Below, one piece after another: positions 14,201 to 29,200 of a stretch of DNA of 64,000 bases; the first letter of the stretch is position 1, and every line of letters begins with the position of its first letter. This DNA comes from the human T2T-CHM13v2.0 reference genome, Homo sapiens: NCBI RefSeq assembly GCF_009914755.1, contig NC_060925.1. One strand, 5' to 3'. Under the pieces are notes generated by a model, which saw nothing but the letters and a program-made list of their open reading frames with translations, was not told where the DNA came from and ran no database searches. The translations under genes were made by a program, and so were the position numbers.

Positions 14201-16566
14201 AATGGAATTGCATGGAATCATCATAAAATGGAATCGAATGGAATCAACATCAAATGGATTCAAATGGAATCATTGAACGGAATTGAATGGAATCGTCATC
14301 GAATGAATTGACTGCAATCATCCAATGGTCTCGAATGGAATCATCTTCAAATGGAATGGAATGGAATCATCGCATAGAATCGAATGGAATTATCATCGAA
14401 TGGAATCGAATGGAATCAACATCAAACGGAAAAAAACGGAATTATCGAATGGAATCGAAGAGAATCATCGAATGGACCCGAATGGAATCATCTAATGGAA
14501 TGGAATGGAATAATCCATGGACTCGAATGCAATCATCATCGAATGGAATCAAATGGAATCATCGAATGGACTCGAATGGAATAATCATTGAACGGAATCG
14601 AATGGAATCGTCATCGGATGGAAATGAATGGAATCATCATCGAATGGAATCGAATAGAATTATGGAATGAAATCCAGTGTGATCATCATCGAATGGACCC
14701 GAATGGAATCATCATCCAACGGAAGCTAATGGAATCAACATCGAATGAATCAAATGGAAACACCATCGAATTGAAACGAATGGAATTATCATGAAATTGA
14801 AATGGATGGACTCATCATCGAATGGATTCGAATGGAATCATCGAATAAAATTGATTGAAATCATCATCCAATGGAATCGAATGGTATCATTGAATGGAAT
14901 CGAATGGAATCATCATCAGATGGAAATGAATGGAATCGTCATAGAATGGAATCGAATGGATTCATTGAATGGAATCAGATGGAATCATCGAATGGACTGG
15001 AATGGAATCATTGAATGGACTCGAAAGGGATCATTATTGAATGGAATTGAATGGAATCATCGAATGGTCTCGATTGGAATCATTATCAAATGGAATGGAA
15101 TGAAATCACCGAATAGAATCGAATGGAACAATCATCGAATGGACTCAAATGGAATTATCCTCCAATGGAATCGAATGGAATTATCGAATGCAATCGAATG
15201 GAATTATCGAATGCAATCGAATAGAATCATCGAATGGACTCGAATGGAATCATCGAATGGAATGGAATGGAACAGTCAATGAACTCGAATGGAATCATCA
15301 TTGAATGGAATCGAATGGAATCATCGAGTGGAATCGAATGGAATTATGATCAAATGGAATCGAATGTAATCCTCATCAAATGGAATCAAAAATAACCATC
15401 ATCAATTGGTATTGAATGGAATTGTCATCAAATGGAATTCAAAGGAATCATCATCAAATGGAACCGAATGGAATCCTCATTGAATGGAAATGAAAGGGGT
15501 CATCATCTAATGGAATCGCATGGAATCATCATCAAATGGAATCGAATGGAATCATCATCAAATGGAATCTAATGGAATCATTGAACAGAATTGAATGGAA
15601 TCGTCATCGAATGAATTGAATGCAATCATCGAATGGTCTCGAATGGAATCATCTTCTAATGGAAAGGAATGGAATCATCGCATAGAATCGAATGGAATTA
15701 TCATCGAATGGAATCGAATGGTATCAACACCAAACGGAAAAAAACGGAATTATCGAATGGAATCGAAGAGAATCTTCGAACGGACCCGAATGGAATCATC
15801 TAATGGAATGGAATGGAATAATCCATGGACTCGAATGCAATCATCATCGAATGGAATCGAATGGAATCATCGAATGGACTCGAATGGAATAATCATTGAA
15901 CGGAATCGAATGGAATCATCATCGGATGGAAACGAATGGAATCATCATCGAATGGAAATGAAAGGAGTCATCATCTAATGGAATTGCATGGAATCATCAT
16001 AAAATGGAATCGAATGGAATCAACATCAAATGGAATCAAATGGAATCATTGAACGGAATTGAATGAAATCGTCATCGAATGAATTGAATGCAATCATCGA
16101 ATGGTCTCGAATGGAATCATCTTCAAATGGAATGGAATGGAATCATCGCATAGAATCGAATGGAATTATCATCGAATGGAATCGAATGGAATCAACATCA
16201 AACGGAAAAAAAAGTAATTATCGAATGGAATCGAAGAGAATCATCGAATGGACCCGAATGGAATCATCTAATGGAATGGAATGGAATAATCCATGGACTC
16301 GAATGCAATCATCATCGAATGGAATCGAATGGAATCATCGAATGGACTCGAATGGAATAATCATTGAACGGAATCGAATGGAATCATCATCGGATGGAAA
16401 TGAATGGAATCATCATCGAATGGAATCGAATAGAATTATGGAATGAAATCCAGTGTGATCATCATCGAATGGACCCGAATGGAATCATCATCCAACGGAA
16501 GCTAATGGAATCAACATCGAATGAATCAAATGGAAACACCATCGAATTGAAACGAATGGAATTATC
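11239..16566 (+). repeat. Three consecutive canonical 1776-bp higher-order units (804-bp core + 468-bp module + 504-bp terminal module)
   Basis: Marker ATGAAATTGAAATGGATGG at 11239, 13015, 14791 and 16567. Module starts (ATGGAATCGTCATCGAATGAATTG) at 12043/12511, 13819/14287 and 15595/16063. Confidence 0.95.
12043..12510 (+). repeat. Representative 468-bp internal module, variable in copy number among units
   Basis: Module starts are spaced exactly 468 bp apart (12043->12511, 2273->2741, 4517->4985). The module contains AAACGGAAAAAAACGG and AATAATCCATGG. Confidence 0.93.
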
Positions 16567-19500
16567 ATGAAATTGAAATGGATGGACTCATCATCGAATG
16601 GATTCGAATGGAATCATCGAATAAAATTGATTGAAATCATCATCGAATGGAATCGAATGGTATCATTGAATGGAATCGAATGGAATCATCATCAGATGGA
16701 AATGAATGGAATCGTCATAGAATGGAATCGAATGGATTCATTGAATGGAATCAGATGGAATCATCGAATGGACTGGAATGGAATCATTGAATGGACTCGA
16801 AAGGGATCATGATTGAATGGAATTGAATGGAATCATCGAATGGTCTCGATTGGAATCATTATCAAATGGAATCGAATGGAATCACCGAATAGAATCGAAT
16901 GGAACAATCATCGAATGGACTCAAATGGAATTATCCTCAAATGGAATCGAATGGAATTATCGAATGCAATCGAATGGAATTATCGAATGCAATCGAAGAG
17001 AATCATCGAATGGACTCGAATGGAATCATCGAATGGAATGGAATGGAACAGTCAATGAACTCGAATGGAATCATCATTGAATGGAATCGAATGGAATCAT
17101 CGAGTGGAATCGAATGGAATTATGATCAAATGGAATCGAATGTAATCATCATCAAATGGAATCAAAAATAACCATCATCAATTGGTATTGAATGGAATTC
17201 TCATCAAATGGAATTCAAAGGAATCATCATCAAATGGAACCGAATGGAATCCTCATTGAATGGAAATGAAAGGGGTCATCATCTAATGGAATCGCATGGA
17301 ATCATCATCAAATGGAATCGAATGGAATCAACATCAAATGGAATCTAATGGAATCATTGAACGGAATTGAATGGAATCGTCATCGAATGAATTGAATGCA
17401 ATCATCGAATGGTCTCGAATGGAATCATCTTCAAATGGAATGGAATGGAATCATCGCATAGAATCGAATGGAATTATCATCGAATGGAATCGAATGGAAT
17501 CAACGTCAAACGGAAAAAAACGGAATTATCGAATGGAATCGAAGAGAATCATCGAATGGACCCGAATGTTATCATCTAATGGAATGGAATGGAATAATCC
17601 ATGGACTCGAATGCAATCATCATCGAATGGAATCGAATGGAATCATCGAATGGACTCGAATGGAATAATCATTGAACGGAATCGAATGGAATCATCATCG
17701 GATGGAAACGAATGGAATCATCATCGAATGGAATCGAATAGATTTATGGAATGAAATCCAGTGTGATCATCATCGAATGGACCCGAATGGAATCATCATC
17801 CAACGGAAGCTAATGGAATCAACATCGAATGAATCAAATGGAAACACCATCGAATTGAAACGAATGGAATTACCATGAAATTGAAATGGATGGACTCATC
17901 ATCAAATGGATTCGAATGGAATCATCGAATAAAATTGATTGAAATCATCATCGAATGGAATCGAATGGTATCATTGAATGGAATCGAATGGAATCATCAT
18001 CAGATGGAAATGAATGGAATCGTCATAGAATGGAATCGAATGGATTCATTGAATGGAATCAGATGGAATCAATGAATGGACTGGAATGGAATCATTGAAT
18101 GGACTCGAAAGGGATCATTATTGAATGGAATTGAATGGAATCATCGAATGGTCTCGATTGGAATCATTATCAAATGGAATCGAATGGAATCACCGAATAG
18201 AATCGAATGGAACAATCATCGAATGGACTCAAATGGAATTATCCTCAAATGGAATCGAATGGAATTATCGAATGCAATCGAATGGAATTATCGAATGCAA
18301 TCGAATATAATGATCGAATGGACTCGAATGGAATCATCGAATGGAATGGAATGGAACAGTCAATGAACTCGAATGGAATCATCATTGAATGGAATCGAAT
18401 GGAATCATCGAGTGGAATCGAAAGAAATTATGATCAAATGGAAGCGAACGTAATCATCATCAAATGGAATCAAAAATAACCATCATCAATTGGTATTGAA
18501 TGGAATTGTCATCAAATGGAATTCAAAGGAATCATCATCAAATGGAACCGAATGGAATCCTCATTGAATGGAAATGAAAGGGGTCATCATCTAATGGAAT
18601 CGCATGGAATCATCATCAAATGGAATCGAATGGAATCATCATCAAATGGAATCTAATGGAATCATTGAACAGAATTGAATGGAATCGTCATCGAATGAAT
18701 TGAATGCAATCATCGAATGGTCTCGAATGGAATCATCTTCTAATGGAAAGGAATGGAATATTCGCATAGAATCGAATGGAATTATCATCGAATGGAATCG
18801 AATGGTATCAACACCAAACGGAAAAAAACGGAATTATCGAATGGAATCGAAGAGAATCTTCGAACGGACCCGAATGGAATCATCTAATGGAATGGAATGG
18901 AATAATCCATGGACTCGAATGCAATCATCATCGAATGGAATGGAATGGAATCATCGAATGGACTCGAATGGAATAATCATTGAACGGAATCGAATGGAAT
19001 CATCATCGGATGGAAACGAATGGAATCATCATCGAATGGAAATGAAAGGAGTCATCATCTAATGGAATTGCATGGAATCATCATAAAATGGAATCGAATG
19101 GAATCAACATCAAATGGAATCAAATGGAATCATTGAACGGAATTGAATGGAATCGTCATCGAATGAATTGACTGCAATCATCGAATGGTCTCGAATGGAA
19201 TCATCTTCAAATGGAATGGAATGGAATCATCGCATAGAATCGAATGGAATTATCATCGAATGGAATCGAATGGAATCAACATCAAACGGAAAAAAACGGA
19301 ATTATCGAATGGAATCGAAGAGAATCATCGAATGGACCCGAATGGAATCATCTAATGGAATGGAATGGAATAATCCATGGACTCGAATGCAATCATCATC
19401 GAATGGAATCGAATGGAATCATCGAATGGACTCGAATGGAATAATCATTGAACGGAATCGAATGGAATCATCATCGGATGGAAATGAATGGAATCATCAT

Positions 19501-22500
19501 CGAATGGAATCGAATAGAATTATGGAATGAAATCCAGTGTGATCATCATCGAATGGACCCGAATGGAATCATCATCCAACGGAAGCTAATGGAATCAACA
19601 TCGAATGAATCGAATGGAAACACCATCGAATTGAAACGAATGGAATTATCATGAAATTGAAATGGATGGACTCATCATCGAATGGATTCGAATGGAATCA
19701 TCGAATAAAATTGATTGAAATCATCATCCAATGGAATCGAATGGTATCATTGAATGGAATCGAATGGAATCATCATCAGATGGAAATGAATGGAATCGTC
19801 ATAGAATGGAATCGAATGGATTCATTGAATGGAATCAGATGGAATCATCGAATGGACTGGAATGGAATCATTGAATGGACTCGAAAGGGATCATTATTGA
19901 ATGGAATTGAATGGAATCATCGAATGGTCTCGATTGGAATCATTATCAAATGGAATGGAATGGAATCACCGAATAGAATCGAATGGAACAATCATCGAAT
20001 GGACTCAAATGGAATTATCCTCCAATGGAATCGAATGGAATTATCGAATGCAATCGAATGGAATTATCGAATGCAATTGAATAGAATCATCGAATGGACT
20101 CGAATGGAATCATCGAATGGAATATAATGGAACAGTCAATGAACTCGAATGGAATCATCATTGAATGGAATCGAATGGAATCATCGAGTGGAATCGAATG
20201 GAATTATGATCAAATGGAATCGAATGTAATCCTCATCAAATGGAATCAAAAATAACCATCATCAATTGGTATTGAATGGAATTGTCATCAAATGGAATTC
20301 AAAGGAATCATCATCAAATGGAACCGAATGGAATCCTCATTGAATGGAAATGAAAGGGGTCATCATCTAATGGAATCGCATGGAATCATCATCAAATGGA
20401 ATCGAATGGAATCATCATCAAATGGAATCTAATGGAATCATTGAACAGAATTGAATGGAATCGTCATCGAATGAATTGAATGCAATCATCGAATGGTCTC
20501 GAATGGAATCATCTTCTAATGGAAAGGAATGGAATCATCGCATAGAATCGAATGGAATTATCATCGAATGGAATCGAATGGAATCAACATCAAACGGAAA
20601 AAAACGGAATTATCGAATGGAATCGAAGAGAATCATCGAATGGACCCGAATGGAATCATCTAATGGAATGGAATGGAATAATCCATGGAGTCGAATGCAA
20701 TCATCATCGAATGGAATCGAATGGAATCATCGAATGGACTCGAATGGAATAATCATTGAACGGAATCGAATGGAATCATCATCGGATGGAAATGAATGGA
20801 ATCATCATCGAATGGAATCGAATAGAATTATGGAATGAAATCCAGTGTGATCATCATCGAATGGACCCGAATGGAATCATCATCCAACGGAAGCTAATGG
20901 AATCAACATCGAATGAATCGAATGGAAACACCATCGAATTGAAACGAATGGAATTATCATGAAATTGAAATGGATGGACTCATCATCGAATGGATTCGAA
21001 TGGAATCATCGAATAAAATTGATTGAAATCATCATCCAATGGAATCGAATGGTATCATTGAATGGAATCGAATGGAATCATCATCAGATGGAAATGAATG
21101 GAATCGTCATAGAATGGAATCGAATGGATTCATTGAATGGAATCAGATGGAATCATCGAATGGACTGGAATGGAATCATTGAATGGACTCGAAAGGGATC
21201 ATTATTGAATGGAATTGAATGGAATCATCGAATGGTCTCGATTGGAATCATTATCAAATGGAATCGAATGGAATCACCGAATAGAATCGAATGGAACAAT
21301 CATCGAATGGACTCAAATGGAATTATCCTCCAATGGAATCGAATGGAATTATCGAATGCAATCGAATGGAATTATCGAATGCAATCGAATAGAATCATCG
21401 AATGGACTCGAATGGAATCATCGAATGGAATGGAATGGAACAGTCAATGAACTCGAATGGAATCATCATTGAATGGAATCGAATGGAATCATCGAGTGGA
21501 ATCGAATGGAATTATGATCAAATGGAATCGAATGTAATCCTCATCAAATGGAATCAAAAATAACCATCATCAATTGGTATTGAATGGAATTGTCATCAAA
21601 TGGAATTCAAAGGAATCATCATCAAATGGAACCGAATGGAATCCTCATTGAATGGAAATGAAAGGGGTCATCATCTAATGGAATCGCATGGAATCATCAT
21701 CAAATGGAATCGAATGGAATCATCATCAAATGGAATCTAATGGAATCATTGAACAGAATTGAATGGAATCGTCATCGAATGAATTGAATGCAATCATCGA
21801 ATGGTCTCGAATGGAATCATCTTCTAATGGAAAGGAATGGAATCATCGCATAGAATCGAATGGAATTATCATCGAATGGAATCGAATGGTATCAACACCA
21901 AACGGAAAAAAACGGAATTATCGAATGGAATCGAAGAGAATCTTCGAACGGACCCGAATGGAATCATCTAATGGAATGGAATGGAATAATCCATGGACTC
22001 GAATGCAATCATCATCGAATGGAATCGAATGGAATCATCGAATGGACTCGAATGGAATAATCATTGAACGGAATCGAATGGAATCATCATCGGATGGAAA
22101 CGAATGGAATCATCATCGAATGGGAATGAAAGGAGTCATCATCTAATGGAATTGCATGGAATCATCATAAAATGGAATCGAATGGAATCAACATCAAATG
22201 GAATCAAATGGAATCATTGAACGGAATTGAATGGAATCGTCATCGAATGAATTGAATGCAATCATCGAATGGTCTCGAATGGAATCATCTTCAAATGGAA
22301 TGGAATGGAATCATCGCATAGAATCGAATGGAATTATCATCGAATGGAATCGAATGGAATCAACACCAAACGGAAAAAAACGGAATTATCAAATGGAATC
22401 GAAGAGAATCATCGAATGGACCCAAATGGAATCATCTAACGGAATGGAATGGAATAATCCATGGACTCGAATGCAATCATCATCGAATGGAATCGAATGG

Positions 22501-25500
22501 AATCATCGAATGGACTCGAATGGAATAATCATTGAACGGAATCAAATGGAATCATCATCGGATGGAAATGAATGGAATCGTCATCGAATGGAATCGAATA
22601 GAATTATGGAATGAAATCCAGTGTGATCATCATCGAATGGACCTGAATGGAATCATCATCCAATGGAAGCTAATGGAATCAACATCGAATGAATCAAATT
22701 GAAACACCATCGAATTGAAACGAATGGAATTACCATGAAATTGAAATGGATGGACTCATCATCGAATGGATTCGAAAGGAATCATCGAATAAAATTGATT
22801 GAAATCATCATCGAATGGAATCGAATGGTATCATTGAATGGAATCGAATGGAATCATCATCAGATGGAAATGAATGGAATCGTCATAGAATGGAATCGAA
22901 TGGATTCATTGAATGGAATCAGATGGAATCATCGAATGGACTGGAATGGAATCATTGAATGGACTCGAAAGAGATCATGATTGAATGGAATTGAATGGAA
23001 TCATCGAATGGTCTCGATTGGAATCATTATCAAATGGAATCGAATGGAATCACCGAATAGAATCGAATGGAACAATCATCGAATGGACTCAAATGGAATT
23101 ATCCTCCAATGGAATCGAATGGAATTATCGAATGCAATCGAATGGAATTATCGAATGCAATCGAATAGAATCATCGAATGGACTCGAATGGAATCATCGA
23201 ATGGAATGGAATGGAACAGTCAATGAACTCGAATGGAATCATCATTGAATGGAATCGAATGGAATCATCGAGTGGAATCGAATGGAATTATGATCAAATG
23301 GAATCGAATGTAATCATCATCAAATGGAATCAAAAATAACCATCATCAATTGGAATTGAATGGAATTGTCATCAAATGGAATTCAAAGGAATCATCATCA
23401 AATGGAACCGAATGGAATCCTCATTGAATGGAAATGAAAGGGGTCATCTAATGGAATCGCATGGAATCATCATCAAATGGAATCGAATGGAATCATCATC
23501 AAATGGAATCTAATGGAATCATTGAACAGAATTTAATGGAATCGTCATCGAATGAATTGAATGCAATCATCGAATGGTCTCGAATGGAACCATCTTCTAA
23601 TGGAAAGGAATGGAATCATCGCATAGAATCGAATGGAATTATCATCGAATGGAATCGAATGGTATCAACACCAAACGGAAAAAAACGGAATTATCGAATG
23701 GAATCGAAGAGAATCTTCGAACGGACCCGAATGGAATCATCTAATGGAATGGAATGGAATAATCCATGGACTCGAATGCAATCATCATCGAATGGAATCG
23801 AATGGAATCATCGAATGGACTCGAATGGAATAATCATTGAACGGAATCGAATGGAATCATCATCGGATGGAAACGAATGGAATCATCATCGAATGGGAAT
23901 GAAAGGAGTCATCATCTAATGGAATTGCATGTAATCATCATAAAATGGAATCGAATGGAATCAACATCAAATGGAATCAAATGGAATCATTGAACGGAAT
24001 TGAATGGAATCGTCATCGAATGAATTAAATGCAATCATCGAATGGTCTCGAATGGAATCATCTTCAAATGGAATGGAATGGAATCATCGCATAGAATCGA
24101 ATGGAATTATCATCGAATGGAATCGAATGGAATCAACATCAAACGGAAAAAAACGGAATTATCGAATGGAATCGAAGAGAATCATCGAATGCACCCGAAT
24201 GGAATCATCTAATGGAATGGAATGGAATAATCCATGGACTCGAATGCAATCATCATCGAATGGAATCGAATGGAATCATCGAATGGACTCGAATGGAATA
24301 ATCATTGAACGGAATCAAATGGAATCATCATCGGATGGAAATGAATGGAATCGTCATCGAATGGAATCGAATAGAATTATGGAATGAAATCCAGTGTGAT
24401 CATCATCGAATGGACCTGAATGGAATCATCATCCAACGGAAGCTAATGGAATCAACATCGAATGAATCAAATGGAAACACCATCGAATTGAAACGAATGG
24501 AATTACCATGAAATTGAAATGGATGGACTCATCATCGAATGGATTCGAATGGAATCATCGAATAAAATTGATTGAAATCATCATCGAATGGAATCGAATG
24601 GTATCATTGAATGGAATCGAATGGAATCATCATCAGATGGAAATGAATGGAATCGTCATAGAATGGAATCGAATGGATTCATTGAATGGAATCAGATGGA
24701 ATCAGTGAATGGACTGTAATGGAATCATTGAATGGACTCGAAAGGGATCATTATTGAATGGAATTGAATGGAATCATCGAATGGTCTCGATTGGAATCAT
24801 TATCAAATGGAATCGAATGGAATCACCGAATAGAATCGAATGGAACAATCATCGAATGGACTCAAATGGAATTATCCTCAAATGGAATCGAATGGAATTA
24901 TCGAATGCAATCGAATGGAATTATCGAATGCAATCGAATAGAATCATCGAATGGACTCGAATGGAATCATCGAATGGAATGGAATGGAACAGTCAATGAA
25001 CTCGAATGGAATCATCATTGAATGGAATCGAATGGAATCATCGAGTGGAATCGAAAGGAATTATGACCAAATGGAATCGAATGTAATCATCATCAAATGG
25101 AATCAAAAATAACCATCATCAATTGGTATTGAATGGAATTGTCATGAAATGGAATTCAAAGGAATCATCATCAAATGGAACCGAATGGAATCCTCATTGA
25201 ATGGAAATGAAAGGGGTCATCATCTAATGGAATCGCATGGAATCATCATCAAATGGAATCGAATGGAATCATCATCAAATGGAATCTAATGGAATCATTG
25301 AAAAGAATTGAATGGAATCGTCATCGAATGAATTGAATGCAATCATCGAATGGTCTCGAATGGAATCATCTTCAAATGGAATGGAATGGAATCATCGCAT
25401 AGAATCGAATGGAATTATCATCGAATGGAATCGAATGGAATCAACATCTAACGGAAAAAAACGGAATTATCGAATGGAATCGAAGAGAATCATCGAATGG

Positions 25501-25574
25501 ACCCGAATGGAATCATCTAATGGAATGGAATGGAATAATCCATGGACTCGAATGCAATCATCATCGAATGGAAT
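14790..25574 (+). repeat. Large direct duplication with period 11,493 bp (7 units), copy 1; ends approximate
   Basis: Private variants recur at +11493: AAAAAAAAGTAATT (~16206/27699), GAATGTTATC (~17564/29057), AAAGAAATTATG (18421/29914), GAATATTCGC (~18756/30249) and a 3-bp deletion GGGTCATCTAA (~23441/34934). Confidence 0.93.
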
Positions 25575-26282
25575 GGAATGGAATCATCGAATGGACTCGA
25601 ATGGAATAATCATTGAACGGAATCGAATGGAATCATCATCGGATGGAAACGAATGGAATCATCATCGAATGGAAATGAAAGGAGTCATCATCTAATGGAA
25701 TTGCATGGAATCATCATAAAATGGAATCGAATGGAATCAACATCAAATGGAATCAAATGGAATCATTGAACGGAATTGAATGGAATCGTCATCGAATGAA
25801 TTGACTGCAATCATCGAATGGTCTCGAATGGAATCATCTTCAAATGGAATGGAATGGAATCATCGCATAGAATCGAATGGAATTATCATCGAATGGAATC
25901 GAATGGAATCAACATCAAACGGAAAAAAACGGAATTATCGAATGGAATCGAAGAGAATCATCGAATGGACCCGAATGGAATCATCTAATGGAATTAAATG
26001 GAATAATCCATGGACTCGAATGCAATCATCATCGAATGGAATCGAATGGAATCATCGAATGGACTCGAATGGAATAATCATTGAACGGAATCGAATGGAA
26101 TCATCATCGGATGGAAACGAATGGAATCATCATCGAATGGAATCGAATAGAATTATGGAATGAAATCCAGTGTGATCATCATCGAATGGACCCGAATGGA
26201 ATCATCATCCAACGGAAGCTAATGGAATCAACATCGAATGAATCGAATGGAAACACCATCGAATTGAAACGAATGGATTTAT

Positions 26283-29200
26283 CATGAAATTGAAATGGAT
26301 GGACTCATCATCGAATGGATTCGAATGGAATCATCGAATAAAATTGATTGAAATCATCATCCAATGGAATCGAATGGTATCATTGAATGGAATCGAATGG
26401 AATCATCATCAGATGGAAATGAATGGAATCGTCATAGAATGGAATCGAATGGATTCATTGAATGGAATCAGATGGAATCATCGAATGGACTGGAATGGAA
26501 TCATTGAATGGACTCGAAAGGGATCATTATTGAATGGAATTGAATGGAATCATCGAATGGTCTCGATTGGAATCATTATCAAATGGAATGGAATGGAATC
26601 ACCGAATAGAATCGAATGGAACAATCATCGAATGGACTCAAATGGAATTATCCTCCAATGGAATCGAATGGAATTATCGAATGCAATCGAATGGAATTAT
26701 CGAATGCAATCGAATAGAATCATCGAATGGACTCGAATGGAATCATCGAATGGAATGGAATGGAACAGTCAATGAACTCGAATGGAATCATCATTGAATG
26801 GAATCGAATGGAATCATCGAGTGGAATCGAATGGAATTATGATCAAATGGAATCGAATGTAATCCTCATCAAATGGAATCAAAAATAACCATCATCAATT
26901 GGTATTGAATGGAATTGTCATCAAATGGAATTCAAAGGAATCATCATCAAATGGAACCGAATGGAATCCTCATTGAATGGAAATGAAAGGGGTCATCATC
27001 TAATGGAATCGCATGGAATCATCATCAAATGGAATCGAATGGAATCATCATCAAATGGAATCTAATGGAATCATTGAACAGAATTGAATGGAATCGTCAT
27101 CGAATGAATTGAATGCAATCATCGAATGGTCTCGAATGGAATCATCTTCTAATGGAAAGGAATGGAATCATCGCATAGAATCGAATGGAATTATCATCGA
27201 ATGGAATCGAATGGTATCAACACCAAACGGAAAAAAACGGAATTATCGAATGGAATCGAAGAGAATCTTCGAACGGACCCGAATGGAATCATCTAATGGA
27301 ATGGAATGGAATAATCCATGGACTCGAATGCAATCATCATCGAATGGAATCGAATGGAATCATCGAATGGACTCGAATGGAATAATCATTGAACGGAATC
27401 GAATGGAATCATCATCGGATGGAAACGAATGGAATCATCATCGAATGGAAATGAAAGGAGTCATCATCTAATGGAATTGCATGGAATCATCATAAAATGG
27501 AATCGAATGGAATCAACATCAAATGGAATCAAATGGAATCATTGAACGGAATTGAATGAAATCGTCATCGAATGAATTGAATGCAATCATCGAATGGTCT
27601 CGAATGGAATCATCTTCAAATGGAATGGAATGGAATCATCGCATAGAATCGAATGGAATTATCATCGAATGGAATCGAATGGAATCAACATCAAACGGAA
27701 AAAAAAGTAATTATCGAATGGAATCGAAGAGAATCATCGAATGGACCCGAATGGAATCATCTAATGGAATGGAATGGAATAATCCATGGACTCGAATGCA
27801 ATCATCATCGAATGGAATCGAATGGAATCATCGAATGGACTCGAATGGAATAATCATTGAACGGAATCGAATGGAATCATCATCGGATGGAAATGAATGG
27901 AATCATCATCGAATGGAATCGAATAGAATTATGGAATGAAATCCAGTGTGATCATCATCGAATGGACCCGAATGGAATCATCATCCAACGGAAGCTAATG
28001 GAATCAACATCGAATGAATCAAATGGAAACACCATCGAATTGAAACGAATGGAATTATCATGAAATTGAAATGGATGGACTCATCATCGAATGGATTCGA
28101 ATGGAATCATCGAATAAAATTGATTGAAATCATCATCGAATGGAATCGAATGGTATCATTGAATGGAATCGAATGGAATCATCATCAGATGGAAATGAAT
28201 GGAATCGTCATAGAATGGAATCGAATGGATTCATTGAATGGAATCAGATGGAATCATCGAATGGACTGGAATGGAATCATTGAATGGACTCGAAAGGGAT
28301 CATGATTGAATGGAATTGAATGGAATCATCGAATGGTCTCGATTGGAATCATTATCAAATGGAATCGAATGGAATCACCGAATAGAATCGAATGGAACAA
28401 TCATCGAATGGACTCAAATGGAATTATCCTCAAATGGAATCGAATGGAATTATCGAATGCAATCGAATGGAATTATCGAATGCAATCGAAGAGAATCATC
28501 GAATGGACTCGAATGGAATCATCGAATGGAATGGAATGGAACAGTCAATGAACTCGAATGGAATCATCATTGAATGGAATCGAATGGAATCATCGAGTGG
28601 AATCGAATGGAATTATGATCAAATGGAATCGAATGTAATCATCATCAAATGGAATCAAAAATAACCATCATCAATTGGTATTGAATGGAATTGTCATCAA
28701 ATGGAATTCAAAGGAATCATCATCAAATGGAACCGAATGGAATCCTCATTGAATGGAAATGAAAGGGGTCATCATCTAATGGAATCGCATGGAATCATCA
28801 TCAAATGGAATCGAATGGAATCAACATCAAATGGAATCTAATGGAATCATTGAACGGAATTGAATGGAATCGTCATCGAATGAATTGAATGCAATCATCG
28901 AATGGTCTCGAATGGAATCATCTTCAAATGGAATGGAATGGAATCATCGCATAGAATCGAATGGAATTATCATCGAATGGAATCGAATGGAATCAACGTC
29001 AAACGGAAAAAAACGGAATTATCGAATGGAATCGAAGAGAATCATCGAATGGACCCGAATGTTATCATCTAATGGAATGGAATGGAATAATCCATGGACT
29101 CGAATGCAATCATCATCGAATGGAATCGAATGGAATCATCGAATGGACTCGAATGGAATAATCATTGAACGGAATCGAATGGAATCATCATCGGATGGAA

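Noticed and set aside
16567-22734. 3,084-bp (1308+1776) dimer as a true higher-order repeat
   Set aside because: Unit lengths alternate, but the private variants of 16567-19650 are not repeated in 19651-22734. Its recurrence at 28-34 kb is just the 11.5-kb duplication.
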